Shown: one piece after another, positions 9,691-20,242 of the stretch
Position numbering within the stretch: the first letter of the stretch is position 1
Layout of the letters: each line of letters opens with the position of its first letter
Assembly: GCA_965199715.1 (NCBI GenBank)
Contig: OZ241322.1
Span: 32,001 to 96,000 of the forward strand
DNA from: Vicinamibacteria bacterium
GTDB lineage: Bacteria; Acidobacteriota; Vicinamibacteria; Marinacidobacterales; Marinacidobacteraceae
DNA: 64,000 nucleotides
Direction: 5' to 3'
Program-made: the position numbers and the translations under genes
Notes under the pieces: model-generated
Databases searched by the model: none
Told to the model about the DNA's origin: nothing
Seen by the model: only the letters and a program-made list of their open reading frames with translations

Positions 9691-10646
9691 GCCCGCACTA
9701 CCGCCCCGCCGAGCTCGACCCGCACTTCCGGCAGCGCGCCGTCCGCGACGCTCTCGACCCGGCCGGGGACGACGTTGCGGATGCTGATGCGGCTCGGGCG
9801 CTCGGTCGCGAGCGCGACGTCCCGCGCTCGGACGCGCAGCCGCACTTCCTCCGGCGGACGTTCGGCGGCGGGAGCCAGAAGCGTCGCCCCGCCGACGTCG
9901 AAGCGCGCGAGCCCGGTCTCCGGGTTCCACTCGACGAGCCGGGCGGGGAGGAGCGTGCCGGCCTCGAACCGCTCGCCGGGGCTCCCGCCGCCGAGCCCGA
10001 GCGCGACCTCCTCCACGGGCCCCGCGGCCTCCACCCGACCGTCGCGGAGCAGCGCCATCCGGTCGGCGAGCGCCGCCACCTCGTCGAGGTCGTGGGTCAC
10101 GTGCACCGCAGCCACGCCCTCGGCCCGCGTCCACTCCCGCAGCCACGGCAGGAGCCGCGCCCGCGCCGGGACGTCCAGCGCGGAGAACGGCTCGTCAAGC
10201 AGCAGCACCCGGGGCCGGGCGAGGAGCGCGCGGCCGAGCGCGACCCGCTGACGTTCGCCCCCCGACAGCCCCGCCGGGCGCCGGGCCAGCTTGTCGCCGA
10301 GGCCGAGCGGCTCGACGACCTCCTCGAGGTCCGCGCCGGAGCGCCGCGCCGCGTACCGGAGGTTCCCCGCCACCGTCAGGTGGGCGAAGAGCGCCGGCTG
10401 CTGGAAGGCGAACCCGAGCCGCCGCCGGTGCGTGGGCCGGAACGCGCGCGGGCCCTGCCAGAGGCCGTCGGGGGCCTCGACGCGCCCTTCCAGCCGGATG
10501 AGGCCGGCGACGGCGCGAAGAAGCGTGGTCTTGCCGCTTCCCGACGGCCCGAAGAGCGCGGTGACCGCGCCGCTCGGGGCGGCGAATCCGGCCTCGATTC
10601 CGAAGCCGCCGACCCGGCCGGCCAGATCCACGCGCAGCCCGGTCAT
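9447..10646 (-). CDS. modC: Molybdate ABC transporter ATP-binding protein
   Basis: Walker [29 protein letters not shown], and a C-terminal TOBE/Mop region with ISIRN. Confidence 0.92.
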   Translation of the reverse strand: MTGLRVDLAGRVGGFGIEAGFAAPSGAVTALFGPSGSGKTTLLRAVAGLIRLEGRVEAPDGLWQGPRAFRPTHRRRLGFAFQQPALFAHLTVAGNLRYAARRSGADLEEVVEPLGLGDKLARRPAGLSGGERQRVALGRALLARPRVLLLDEPFSALDVPARARLLPWLREWTRAEGVAAVHVTHDLDEVAALADRMALLRDGRVEAAGPVEEVALGLGGGSPGERFEAGTLLPARLVEWNPETGLARFDVGGATLLAPAAERPPEEVRLRVRARDVALATERPSRISIRNVVPGRVESVADGALPEVRVELGGAVVRAQLTRDAAEDLGLRPGVPVFALLKGVTLERPRHPAGSMTRRNPPGSAATSRSQPESQRTRARTGPGDGPRPKNARKSFADR

Positions 10647-11299
10647 CGCCGCTCCAGGCTCATGGTCACGAACACCACGACGAACGCGAACGCCAGCAGA
10701 CCGGCCGCGAGCAGGTGCGCCGTCCCCCACTCGAGCGACTCGACGAGGTCGTAGATCGCGATCGAGAGCACCCGGGTCTCGCCCGGGATGTTCCCGCCGA
10801 TCATCAGGATCACGCCGAACTCCCCGACCGTGTGGGCGAATCCGAGCACCGCCCCCGCGAGGATTCCTCTTCGGGCGAGCGGGACCGCGACCGTCCAGAA
10901 GGCGTCCCGGGGCGAGGCCCCGAGCGTCGCCGCCGCCTCGAGCGGGCGGTCGCCGACGGCCTCGAACGCGCTGCGGATCGGCTGCACCGTGAACGGCAGG
11001 GAATAGAGCACCGACCCGATCACGAGGCCGGGGAAGGTGAACGCGAGCGAGGGCTCGCCGATGAGGCCGGCGACCCATCCGCCCGGGCCGGACGGCCCGA
11101 GGCCGATGAGCAGGTAGAACCCGAGCACCGTCGGCGGCAGCACGAGCGGAAGCGCCACGACCGCGGCGACTGCCTCCCGGGCCCGGGAGCGGGTGCGGGC
11201 GAGCCACCACGCGAGCGGTCCGCCGAGCAGCAGCAGGAAGACGGTGGTCGCGCCCGCGAGCTCGAGGGTGAGCCGGATCGCCGGCCAGACCGGGCTCAC
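10643..11299 (-). CDS. modB: Molybdate ABC transporter permease
   Basis: [32 protein letters not shown]...GGNIPGET. Confidence 0.95.
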   Translation of the reverse strand: MSPVWPAIRLTLELAGATTVFLLLLGGPLAWWLARTRSRAREAVAAVVALPLVLPPTVLGFYLLIGLGPSGPGGWVAGLIGEPSLAFTFPGLVIGSVLYSLPFTVQPIRSAFEAVGDRPLEAAATLGASPRDAFWTVAVPLARRGILAGAVLGFAHTVGEFGVILMIGGNIPGETRVLSIAIYDLVESLEWGTAHLLAAGLLAFAFVVVFVTMSLERR

Positions 11300-12000
11300 G
11301 GGAGCTTGTAGCCGGCGCCGCGGATGATCTCTCGCCCGGCCGCGCCCTGAAGGAAGCGCATGAAGGCCGAAGCGGCCGGATTGTCGCGTCCCCGGCGCAG
11401 AAGGAGCGTGTCCTGGCGGATCGGCGGGTGCAGGTCGTCCGGAACCTCCCAGCGCGAGCCTTCGGGCGGCGCCTGCGTCAGCGCGACGAACCCGACCTCG
11501 GCGTTGCCGGTGCGCACGAACTGGAACGCCTGCGCGACGTTGGTTCCGACGACCCGCCGAGGCGGCGACGGAATCCCGAGCCGCTCCAGCACCGCGAGGG
11601 CGGCGGCGCCGTAGGGCGCGGTCCGGGGGTTCGCGAGCGCGATGCGCCGGAGGTCGGGCGCGCGCAGCGCGTCCGGGCCCCGGATGCGGGCGGGATCCGG
11701 ACTCCAAAGCGCGAGCCGTCCGATCGCGTAGGTCGCGGGCGGGTCGCCGAGGCCGGCCTTCCGGAGCAGCGCCGGGCGCTCGGCGTCGGCCGCGAGGAAC
11801 GCGTCGAAGGGCGCGCCGTTCAGGATCTGCGCGTAGAGTTGGCCGGTCGAGCCGAGGCTGGCGCGGACGCGGAATCCGGTCTCCTCCTCGAACCGGGCGG
11901 CCAGTTCCCGCGCCGTCGGCCCGAAGTTGGCCGCGACCGCGATCCGCGCCTCGCCGCTTCCGCCGGCGAGGAGCAGCAGCGCCGCGGCGGAGGCGATCAC
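11296..12000 (-). CDS. modA: Molybdate ABC transporter substrate-binding protein
   Basis: [38 protein letters not shown]; start approximate. Confidence 0.92.
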   Translation of the reverse strand: MIASAAALLLLAGGSGEARIAVAANFGPTARELAARFEEETGFRVRASLGSTGQLYAQILNGAPFDAFLAADAERPALLRKAGLGDPPATYAIGRLALWSPDPARIRGPDALRAPDLRRIALANPRTAPYGAAALAVLERLGIPSPPRRVVGTNVAQAFQFVRTGNAEVGFVALTQAPPEGSRWEVPDDLHPPIRQDTLLLRRGRDNPAASAFMRFLQGAAGREIIRGAGYKLP

Positions 12001-12020
12001 CGGGGCCGCTCGGGAGCGGA

Positions 12021-13196
12021 TCAGCGGTGCGCCGTCATCATGATCTCGACCTTGATCCCGGCGCCCATCATCTTCGCGCCGACGGTCGCGCGCGCCGGCG
12101 GGGACGATCCCACGATCTCGCGGTAGGCCGCGTTCATGGCGTCGTAGTCGCGCATGTCCTCGAGGAACACCATCGAGTCCACCACGTCGGCGAACCCGAG
12201 CCCCGCCGCGGTCAGCGCTTCCTCGATCCGCATCAGCGTGGCCCGGGTCTGCTCGCCCGGGTCCTCGCTCCGGGGCGACGGCGGCACCATCCCCGAGAGC
12301 CACAGCCGATCCCCGGCCCAGATCCCCGCCGAGAGCGGGCTGCCCGAGCGGGGGCCTCCCGGCGCGAGGACGCTGCGCTCGGCGGCGCTCGCCACGCACT
12401 GCACCTCGGCCTTGAAGAGCGGGTTCGCGAGCCGCGCCTCCACCGTCGCCCGGCTCGGCGGATCGACCGGGAAGAACTCCCGGTACGCGGCGTTCATCTC
12501 CCCGAACGCCCGCGAGTCGTCGAGGAACACCCGGCAGTTCACCACGTCCTCGTAGCCCATGCCGCCCGCCTCCAGGACGAGGCCGACGTTCCCCATGATG
12601 CGCTCCATCTGGGCGGTCACGCCGCCTTCCACCGGCTGGTAGGTGTCGGGGTCGCGCGCCGTCGCTCCGGCGACGAAGAGCGTGTCCCCGGCCCGGACGC
12701 CCCACGAGTACGGGAGCTCGGGGCTCATCATCGCCTCGGGGTTCACGACCACCCGCTCGGCGTCGTGGTCGACGGCCACCATCGAGGCCTCGACGAGCGC
12801 GCCGGGAATCGCGATGGCCGCCTGCACCGTGGCCCGGGTGGGCGGATCCTCGGGGAAGTACTCCCGGTACACGTCGTTCATCGCCGAGAAGTGGCGGATG
12901 TCCGACAGGAACACGTTCACCGCCGCGACCCGCGAGAAGTCGAGCCCGTTACGCTCCAGCACGGCCCCGAGGTTGTCCATCATCTGCCGCATCTGGCCCT
13001 CGATCCCGCCGGGGGCGAGGCCGAGCCCGCCCTCCATGTTCCCGATGGCGCCGGCCACGTAGAGCAGGTCGCCGCTCCAGCTCGCCTCGGAGAAGGGCAG
13101 TCCGAGGTCGTTGACCGAATCGTCGGCCGGCTCGGGTTCGGGCGCTCCGCAGGACAGGAGCGCCGCGGTCAGCGACAGCGAGAGGAGTCGGATCAT
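12021..13196 (-). CDS. Predicted lipoprotein with three tandem RidA/YjgF/UK114 domains
   Basis: [16 protein letters not shown] signal. Three repeats each have VFLxD...MNxxYRE...PP(T/S/A)RATV and a terminal ExxxxA. Confidence 0.88.
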   Translation of the reverse strand: MIRLLSLSLTAALLSCGAPEPEPADDSVNDLGLPFSEASWSGDLLYVAGAIGNMEGGLGLAPGGIEGQMRQMMDNLGAVLERNGLDFSRVAAVNVFLSDIRHFSAMNDVYREYFPEDPPTRATVQAAIAIPGALVEASMVAVDHDAERVVVNPEAMMSPELPYSWGVRAGDTLFVAGATARDPDTYQPVEGGVTAQMERIMGNVGLVLEAGGMGYEDVVNCRVFLDDSRAFGEMNAAYREFFPVDPPSRATVEARLANPLFKAEVQCVASAAERSVLAPGGPRSGSPLSAGIWAGDRLWLSGMVPPSPRSEDPGEQTRATLMRIEEALTAAGLGFADVVDSMVFLEDMRDYDAMNAAYREIVGSSPPARATVGAKMMGAGIKVEIMMTAHR

Positions 13197-13220
13197 CGGG
13201 CGGGCCTCCGGGCGGGGCCG

Positions 13221-14504
13221 ATGATACATTCGGGGTTCCGGCCGATCGCCTTGCACTCCGTCTTTCGCCCCGGGCCCTCCGGTCGTCTCGAGGTGGACGG
13301 GGTTCCGGTGGACGCGGCGATCGAGGCGTGCGGAGCGGGGACTCCCGCGTACCTGTATTCGATCCCGGCGCTCCTGCGGCGGTACGACGACCTGCGCCGG
13401 GCGTTTCGGCCCCTCGCGCCGCGGATCTCGGTCCCGCTGAAGGCGAACGCGCAGCCGGCGCTGCTGCGGGCGCTGCGCGACCGGGACGCCGGCGCCGAGG
13501 CCGGGTCGGAGGCCGAGCTGCACCTCGCCGCCGCGCTCGAGTTCCCGCCCGAGTCCATCACGCTCACCGGGGTCGGGAAGTCGCGCGCCGCGCTCGAACG
13601 CGCCGTGGAGCTGGGGATCGGCCTCGTCTCGGTCGAATCCGAAGCCGAGCTCGCTCGCCTCGGCGAGATCGCCCGGGAGCGTCCCGTTTCCGCGCTGCTG
13701 CGGCTGAACCCCGAGCTTCCCGGCGTGGACACCCACCCGAGCATCGCGACCGGAGTCCCGCGGGCGAAGTTCGGGCTGGACGCCCCCCGCGTCCGGGCGC
13801 TGCTGCGGCGCGGCGGCGATCCGGTCCGGATCGTCGGACTCCACGCCCACGTCGGCTCGCAGATCCTCGATCCCGCCACGTTCCGCCGGGCCGCCGAGCG
13901 GCTCGCCGCGCTCTTCGCCGAGTCCGGCTCGCTCGAGGTGCTGGACGTGGGCGGCGGGTTCGGGATTCCGTCCCGCGACGGGGAGGCCGAGACCCCGTTC
14001 GCCGCGTTCGCCGACGCGATCCGGGAGGGACTGGAATCGGTCCTCGGCGGGAACCTGCCCCGCGTCGTGGTCGAGCCGGGGCGCTCGCTCTTCGGTCCCG
14101 CGGGAGCGCTCGTGACCCGGGTGACCGAGGTGAAGTCGGTCGGCGACCGCGATTTCGTCGTGACCGACGCCGGGATGAACGACCTGCTGCGCCCGGCGCT
14201 CTACGACGGCCACCACCGGATCGTCCCGGTGGCGCCGGGGAAGGGGGCGCCCCGGCCGTTCGACGTGGCCGGCCCGGTCTGCGAGACGGGGGACGTCTTC
14301 GGGCGCGACCGCCGGCTGCCTCCGCCGCAGGCCGGGGATCTGCTCGCGATCCTCGACGCGGGGGCCTACGGCTTCACGATGTCCTCGAACTACAACCTGC
14401 GCCCGCGCCCGGCCGAAGTCGTCCTCGCCGGCGGCGGCGCGGTTCTGGCTCGCCGCCGCGAACGTCCGGCGGAGCTGGCCGACCGGACGTTGCGAGCCCG
14501 ATGA
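13221..14504 (+). CDS. lysA: Diaminopimelate decarboxylase
   Basis: KAN (PLP lysine), THPSIATG...KFG, HVGSQI, DVGGG, EPGR, RPALY, GPVCETGD, GAYGFTMSSNYN. Start could instead be TTG 13251. Confidence 0.92.
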   Translation: MIHSGFRPIALHSVFRPGPSGRLEVDGVPVDAAIEACGAGTPAYLYSIPALLRRYDDLRRAFRPLAPRISVPLKANAQPALLRALRDRDAGAEAGSEAELHLAAALEFPPESITLTGVGKSRAALERAVELGIGLVSVESEAELARLGEIARERPVSALLRLNPELPGVDTHPSIATGVPRAKFGLDAPRVRALLRRGGDPVRIVGLHAHVGSQILDPATFRRAAERLAALFAESGSLEVLDVGGGFGIPSRDGEAETPFAAFADAIREGLESVLGGNLPRVVVEPGRSLFGPAGALVTRVTEVKSVGDRDFVVTDAGMNDLLRPALYDGHHRIVPVAPGKGAPRPFDVAGPVCETGDVFGRDRRLPPPQAGDLLAILDAGAYGFTMSSNYNLRPRPAEVVLAGGGAVLARRRERPAELADRTLRAR

Positions 14505-15007
14505 GCGGGCGGGGGCCGCGGACGCCGCTGGTCGCCGGGCTCTTTCTCGCCGCGGGCGTCGCCGCGATCGTCGAGTTCCGCGGCGAACCGCGCGACCTGC
14601 TGTTCGCAGCCGTCCTCATCGCGCTCTTCACGCCGCTCAAGGCGCTCATGGTGCGCTGGCTGGGCGGCGCCCGCCCGTACTCGTCGGCCTTCGTCGCCTC
14701 GGCGTTCTCGATGCTCGTGGGCCTCGCCTTCCGCGAGCCGCTCAACCTCTGGGCGCTGCTCGTCCGCAGCGCCGCGATCACCGCCGTCCTCGAGTTCGTC
14801 GCGCTCTACGCGATGCGGACGTTCGAGCGTCCGCTCTCGCTGGCGGTGCTCGCCGGGTACATGTCGATCGTCGTCCACCTCCTCTCGGGGGGCTTCGTCC
14901 TCGCCGGGCGCGCCCCGACGATCGGGTTCCCGTTGATGCTGGCGGGAGCGCTCGTGATGTGGTCGCCCCTGCTGGTCCGGGGACTCCTCGGGCGCCGTTC
15001 CTCCTAA
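14501..15007 (+). CDS. Hypothetical multi-pass membrane protein
   Basis: ATGA coupling to lysA; about 5-6 hydrophobic segments; GC-rich third positions. Confidence 0.7.
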   Translation: MSGRGPRTPLVAGLFLAAGVAAIVEFRGEPRDLLFAAVLIALFTPLKALMVRWLGGARPYSSAFVASAFSMLVGLAFREPLNLWALLVRSAAITAVLEFVALYAMRTFERPLSLAVLAGYMSIVVHLLSGGFVLAGRAPTIGFPLMLAGALVMWSPLLVRGLLGRRSS

Positions 15008-15018
15008 GGAGATCCCCC

Positions 15019-15918
15019 ATGTGGAAGCTCATCCTCGCCGCGCAGCTCGTGGCCGCCGTCGCCGCCGCGCAGACGAACCCGCTGCACGGCCGGACCAAGG
15101 TGAAGAACTACCTGCCGCACATGACCTGGACCGAGGTCGAGGACCTGCGGGAGCGCACCGACATGGTCGTCATCCCGGTGGGCGCCATCGAGCAGCACGG
15201 CCCGCACATGGCCGTCGGGACCGACGTCCTGAACGGGATCGAGCGGGCCAAGCTGATCGCCCAGCGGACCGACGTCCTCGTCGCCCCGATCCTCTTCCCG
15301 GGGAATTCGCCGTACCACCTCGCCTTCCCGGGGACGATCAGCCTGTCGGCGGAGACGGTCCAGCAGGTGCACCTCGAGGCCGCCGAGAGCCTGCTGCGCC
15401 ACGGCTTCCGCCGCTTCCTGATCCTCAACTCGCACGGCGGCAACCGGGCGACCTCGCAGTACATCGCCGACCGGATCAACCACGAGACCGCCGGAATCGC
15501 CGTCGAGCTGGGCGCGGCGTCCGCGCCCTTCCGCGAGCGCGGTCCGGGGCGTGGCCCCGTCTTCGACCGCCACGGCGGCGTCGGCGAGACCTCCAACTCG
15601 CTCTATCTCAACCCGGAACTCGTGGATCTCGAAAGGGCCCGTCCGGCCGAGCTCACCCATCCCGAGCATCTTGCGGACCTGATCCCGGACATGATGGCCG
15701 GCGACCCCACCGCGTCGCTCGTGTTCCTCGCCGAGTCGCTGAAGGCGGAGGAGACCGGGAAGGGGACCTCGACCCGGGAGCTCACCGACACCGGCGTCTG
15801 GAGCGAGCGGAACCCGGCGGACGCGACCGCCGAGCGCGGCCGCGAGGAGACCGAGGCCTTCGTGGAGGCCGCGGTTCGGTTCATCGAGCGCTGGAAGGAA
15901 CTACGCCCGATGCGCTAG
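15019..15918 (+). CDS. Creatininase-family amidohydrolase with signal peptide
   Basis: MTWTE, PVGAIEQHGPH...GTD, YHLAFPGT, NSHGGN, HGGVGETS; AAGGAGA RBS. Confidence 0.9.
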   Translation: MWKLILAAQLVAAVAAAQTNPLHGRTKVKNYLPHMTWTEVEDLRERTDMVVIPVGAIEQHGPHMAVGTDVLNGIERAKLIAQRTDVLVAPILFPGNSPYHLAFPGTISLSAETVQQVHLEAAESLLRHGFRRFLILNSHGGNRATSQYIADRINHETAGIAVELGAASAPFRERGPGRGPVFDRHGGVGETSNSLYLNPELVDLERARPAELTHPEHLADLIPDMMAGDPTASLVFLAESLKAEETGKGTSTRELTDTGVWSERNPADATAERGREETEAFVEAAVRFIERWKELRPMR

Positions 15919-17399
15919 AGGCGGGGGATCCGCAGCGGGCCGGCCTCGAGCACTTGGCCCCAGATGCGGCGTCCGACCGCGTCGGCCTCCCGCAACAGGG
16001 CCTCCTCGTCCATCGTGAGCACCCTCCGGTCGCGCATCACGAACTCGCCGTCCACCATCACCGACTCGATGTCTCCGGGGTGTCCGCCGTGGACGATCGC
16101 CGAGATCACCCGTCCGGCCGGCGTCAGGTGCGCCCGCAGGGTGTTCACGACGAGAAGGTCGGCCTTGCGCCCGACTTCCAGCACGCCGAGTTCGTCCGGC
16201 TGGCGGACGGCCCGCGCCCCGCCCGACGTGGCGTCGGCGAGCGCGTCCTCCGGCTGCGGGGCGAGGCCGGGCACCTCGTCGCCGTCGCGGTTGCGGCGGA
16301 TGCGCTCGGTGAGCATCGCGATCCGCATCACTTCGAAGAGATCGTTCGTGTTGTTGTCCGTCCCGAGCGCGATCGGGCACCCGGCGGCGCGCAACTCGGG
16401 AATCGGGGGGCTGATTCCGCGGTTCGCGGCCATCCCCGCCTGGTGGGCGATGATCGTGCCGGTCTCCCCGAGAAGCGCGATCTCCTCGTGGTTCACGTAG
16501 CGGGCGTGGGCGGCGAACAGGCGCGGCCCGAGGAAGCCGTGCCGGTGCAGATAATGAGTCGGGCGGACGCCGTGGTGGAGCGTCATGAACTCGAACTCGG
16601 CGCGGCTCTGGTTCAGGTGGATCGTGTACCCGAGGTCGTGGCGCTCGGCGAACGCGCGCACGGCCTCCAGCAGCTCCGGCGAGGAGGTCTCGACCAGCGC
16701 GGCCGCCGGAAACACCGTGATCCGTCCGTTTCGGGCGCCGTGCCACGTTTCGAAGAGGTCGCTGATGCGCTCGAGCCCCTCGTCGCGCAGCCGCTCCGAG
16801 AAGCGCGGCGTCGCGCTGGCGTTTTCCGCCATCGCCCGCGTCGAGATTGGTCCGGGGACGTTCTCGGCGTCGCGGATTCCCTCGGCGAAAACGCAGCGGA
16901 GCCCCGAGTCGGCGAGGACGCCGGCCTGCCGCTGGACGTTTCCGGTGTACTCCACGATCGTCGTGGTGCCGGTGCGGATCGCCTCGAGCGCCGCGACCTG
17001 CACCATCAGCTCGCCCTCTCCGCCCTCCAGCAGGCTGGCCGGCGAGACCGGCAGGTTCGCGGTGTTCGGGAACCCGAAGTCCTCGTTGAAGCCGCGGGCG
17101 ATGACCGCCCGCATGTGCGCGTGGGTGTTGATGAATCCGGGCAGCAGCACCCGGTCGCGGCAGTCGTAGCGGTCGGCGCCGGGGAAGGCGGCGAGCACTT
17201 CCTCGGAAGGGCCGATCGCGGCGATGCGGCCGTCGTGGACGGCGAGCGCGACGTTCTCGCGGACCCCGTCGGGATTCGCGACGGTCGCGTCGGTGAAGAC
17301 CACCGCGCCCGTCGGCTGCGCGGCGCGTCCCCGGGCGGCGCCGGCGAGGACCGAGGCTCCGGCCCCGGCGAGAACCTGACGGCGAGTGACGGCGAACAT
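15915..17399 (-). CDS. Tat-exported amidohydrolase (MtaD/AtzA/chlorohydrolase-like deaminase)
   Basis: TRRQVL Tat motif; PGFINTHAH, IHLNQS, AAH, LGTD, GRKADL. Confidence 0.88.
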   Translation of the reverse strand: MFAVTRRQVLAGAGASVLAGAARGRAAQPTGAVVFTDATVANPDGVRENVALAVHDGRIAAIGPSEEVLAAFPGADRYDCRDRVLLPGFINTHAHMRAVIARGFNEDFGFPNTANLPVSPASLLEGGEGELMVQVAALEAIRTGTTTIVEYTGNVQRQAGVLADSGLRCVFAEGIRDAENVPGPISTRAMAENASATPRFSERLRDEGLERISDLFETWHGARNGRITVFPAAALVETSSPELLEAVRAFAERHDLGYTIHLNQSRAEFEFMTLHHGVRPTHYLHRHGFLGPRLFAAHARYVNHEEIALLGETGTIIAHQAGMAANRGISPPIPELRAAGCPIALGTDNNTNDLFEVMRIAMLTERIRRNRDGDEVPGLAPQPEDALADATSGGARAVRQPDELGVLEVGRKADLLVVNTLRAHLTPAGRVISAIVHGGHPGDIESVMVDGEFVMRDRRVLTMDEEALLREADAVGRRIWGQVLEAGPLRIPRL

Positions 17400-17499
17400 C
17401 GTGACGGGCCTCCTCACCCGGCTTGGAACGTTCCGGCTGGATCGAGCGTATGGGACTGAAGAAGGAAATCCGGGTGCTTCGCATTCAAGGATACCGGGC

Positions 17500-19896
17500 G
17501 TGATTCGTCTCGCCCTCGCGCTCTCGCTCCTCGCCGTTCCCGTCCGGGCGCAGGAGATCCGGGGCCGGGTCGTGGACGGAATCTCCGGCGAGCCCATCCT
17601 CGGCGCCCTCGTCGTCCCCGAGCCGTTCGCGGCCGGCGGTCCCGAGGCGACGACCGGACCCGACGGGAGCTTCGCGCTGGATGCGCCTCCCGGCACGGCG
17701 AGCGTCTTCGTTACCGCCGAGGGCTATTTCCCGCTTTCGGCCCCGGTCGGGACGATCCGCCTCCTGCCGCGGGAGATCTCGGAGACCGTCGCCGTGACCG
17801 CCGCGCCCGCGGAAGAGCAGGAAATCTCGTCCACCTCGGTCGCCCCGGCGGACGTGCTGGAAGTCGCCGGCACGGTGGACAACGTCTTCCGCGCGCTCTC
17901 CACGCTTCCCGGGGTCACCGCCACCGCGGACTTCGGCAGCCGGCTCGCCGTGCGCGGCGGCGGACCCGACCAGAACCTCACCCTGATGGACGGGATCGAG
18001 ATCCACAACCCGTACCGGCTGTTCGGTCTGGTGAGCGCCTTCAACCCGGAGACCGTCGAGGACTTCGCGCTCTCCGCGGGCGGCTTCGGCGCCCGCTACG
18101 GCGACCGGCTCTCGTCGCTGCTGACGATCGAGAACCGCCGGGGCGGGCCGCGCTTCGGCGCGACCACCTCGCTCAGCGTGACTGACGGGAACGTCGTGCT
18201 CGAGGGACCGCTGCCGGGCCCCGCCGGCGGCTTCCTGCTGACCGGGCGACGGACGTACTACGACGTGATCGTGGGCCGCATCCTCGACCAGGACTTCCCG
18301 TCCTTCGCCGATCTGCAGTTCCAGGGCGCCTGGGAATTCGGCCCCGGGCACCGGCTCACGGTCACCGGCGTCCGCTCCCGCGAGGACACGAACTTCTCCT
18401 TCGAGGACGAGGAGGAGGATGAGCGGGCGGACTTCCTCTCCGACACCGAGACCGATCTCGGCGCGATCCGGCTGGACGCGGTGCTCGGCGGCCGCGCCAC
18501 CGCCACGACGATCCTCGCCGGGTACCGCAACTCCGAGTTTCTGGACTTCGAGGGCTCCTTCCGGGACGAGGAGCAGGGCTCGAACCGGGAGGAAGCGCGG
18601 GTCGAGGTCGGTTTCGACCGCGAACTCGCGGTCACCGACTGGTCGCTGCGCCAGGAGTTCGGCGTCCAGTTCCGCGACCGCCACCTGATCGACGCCGGGT
18701 TCGAGGTCCACCGGCTGCGGTCCGGGGTGCACCAGCGCATCGACGGGGAGCGGAACGTCAGCGAGGCCAACCCGACGAGCATCGAGGGCGGGTCCGGGCT
18801 GCCGGATCTCGTGGATTCCCAGCTCGCCGGCCACCGCTCGGGGGCGTGGATCGCCGATTCGTTCCAGGCGACGGACCGATTGACGCTCGAGCCGGGCGTC
18901 CGCCTCGACGCCAGCACCGTCAACGAGAGGGTCACGATCTCTCCCCGTTTCGCAGCCGAGTGGGACTTCGGCGACGGGTTGCGCTTGCGGGCCGCCGGCG
19001 GCCTCTACACCCAGAGTCCGGGGTACGAGAAGCTCATCCAGTCGGACTACTTCCTCGAGTTGAGCGATCCGACCGCGCTGCTCCACGAGCGCGCCGTCCA
19101 CGCGGTCGCGGGGCTCGAGAAGCTCTTCGACAACGGCGTCAAGGTCCGGGTCGAGGGCTACCGCAAGGTCTTCCGCGACCTGCTCGTCGGCGAATTGGAA
19201 ACGGAGGAGGAGCGAGCCGAGCGCGTCTCGTTCCATGACTTCCCGACGAGCCTCGCGGGCGACGTCCCGACCGAGGCGCAGATCACGGTGCGGCCCGGCA
19301 ACGGGGCCGAAGGGGACGCGACCGGCCTCGACTTCTATCTCGAGCGACTCGACCCTTCGGCGCGGGTGAGCGGCTGGGTCTCCTACGCCTGGGGCCGGGC
19401 CCACCGCGAGAGCTGGGGGTTCCGCTATCCGTTCGAATACGACCGCGAGCACGCCGCGAGCGTCGTCGGGCAGGTCCGGCTCACCCGCCGTTTCTCGCTC
19501 GGCGGCACCTTCCGCATCGCGAGCGGCTTCCCGTACACGCCGGCGCTCGGCGTGCGCGTCTCGCCCGATCTCGACCCCGCGCGCGGCTTCGTGCCGGAGA
19601 CCGACGATACCGGCGGGTACGTCTATCAGGTGGACCTCGGCGGCCTCGAGAACCTCTACTCGGGGCGGCTGCCCGGCTACTCCCGCCTCGACCTCCGTCT
19701 CACCTTCCGTCCCGGCGGCGACTCGGGACGCTGGTCCTTCTACGGCGAGGTCATCAACGCGCTCGACCGGACGAACGCCATCGCCATGGACTTCAGCCTC
19801 GAGCCGAACCCGGGCGGCCTCGAGCCGTCGGTGGTCGAGACGCCTTCCCAGGGATTCCCGCGGGTGCCCACCATCGGCGTACGCTTCCGCTTCTGA
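17500..19896 (+). CDS. TonB-dependent receptor
   Basis: Signal peptide; IRGRVVD...GEPILGA; plug motifs LPGV...VRGGGPDQNL, GGFGARYGDRLSS; C-terminal GVRFRF. Confidence 0.92.
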   Translation: MIRLALALSLLAVPVRAQEIRGRVVDGISGEPILGALVVPEPFAAGGPEATTGPDGSFALDAPPGTASVFVTAEGYFPLSAPVGTIRLLPREISETVAVTAAPAEEQEISSTSVAPADVLEVAGTVDNVFRALSTLPGVTATADFGSRLAVRGGGPDQNLTLMDGIEIHNPYRLFGLVSAFNPETVEDFALSAGGFGARYGDRLSSLLTIENRRGGPRFGATTSLSVTDGNVVLEGPLPGPAGGFLLTGRRTYYDVIVGRILDQDFPSFADLQFQGAWEFGPGHRLTVTGVRSREDTNFSFEDEEEDERADFLSDTETDLGAIRLDAVLGGRATATTILAGYRNSEFLDFEGSFRDEEQGSNREEARVEVGFDRELAVTDWSLRQEFGVQFRDRHLIDAGFEVHRLRSGVHQRIDGERNVSEANPTSIEGGSGLPDLVDSQLAGHRSGAWIADSFQATDRLTLEPGVRLDASTVNERVTISPRFAAEWDFGDGLRLRAAGGLYTQSPGYEKLIQSDYFLELSDPTALLHERAVHAVAGLEKLFDNGVKVRVEGYRKVFRDLLVGELETEEERAERVSFHDFPTSLAGDVPTEAQITVRPGNGAEGDATGLDFYLERLDPSARVSGWVSYAWGRAHRESWGFRYPFEYDREHAASVVGQVRLTRRFSLGGTFRIASGFPYTPALGVRVSPDLDPARGFVPETDDTGGYVYQVDLGGLENLYSGRLPGYSRLDLRLTFRPGGDSGRWSFYGEVINALDRTNAIAMDFSLEPNPGGLEPSVVETPSQGFPRVPTIGVRFRF

Positions 19897-19897
19897 C

Positions 19898-20242
19898 ATG
19901 GCCCGGCGCGGATTCCCGGAGCTGGCCCGCGCGCTCGCGCGGGACCTTCCGCCCGAGCTCCCGCCCGAGCTGCGCCGTCTCGCCGGCGAACTGCGGGCTC
20001 CGGAGCCGGAGCACCCGCTTGTCGGCGGCGTCGCGCTCGCGCTCGGAGTCCGCGACGGGACGCGGGGCCTCGCCGCACCGCTGCTGCGCCTCGCCGCCGA
20101 GATGCTCGCCGACCATGCGGAGAGCGCGGCGTGGACCGCCGACGATCTCTACGAATTCCTCGACGGAATCGGCCCGGAGCGCGCCGCCGACTTTCTCGAG
20201 CGGATCGCGGGAGGCTGGAACGGCTGGAAGCGCCCGTCGTGA
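19898..20242 (+). CDS. Hypothetical protein
   Basis: ATG 1 nt after the TBDT stop; codon usage looks coding; no family recognised. Confidence 0.55.
   Translation: MARRGFPELARALARDLPPELPPELRRLAGELRAPEPEHPLVGGVALALGVRDGTRGLAAPLLRLAAEMLADHAESAAWTADDLYEFLDGIGPERAADFLERIAGGWNGWKRPS

Noticed and set aside
13221-14504. lysA has VPLKAN instead of YAxKAN
   Set aside because: The PLP lysine and all other motifs are retained; likely neutral divergence.
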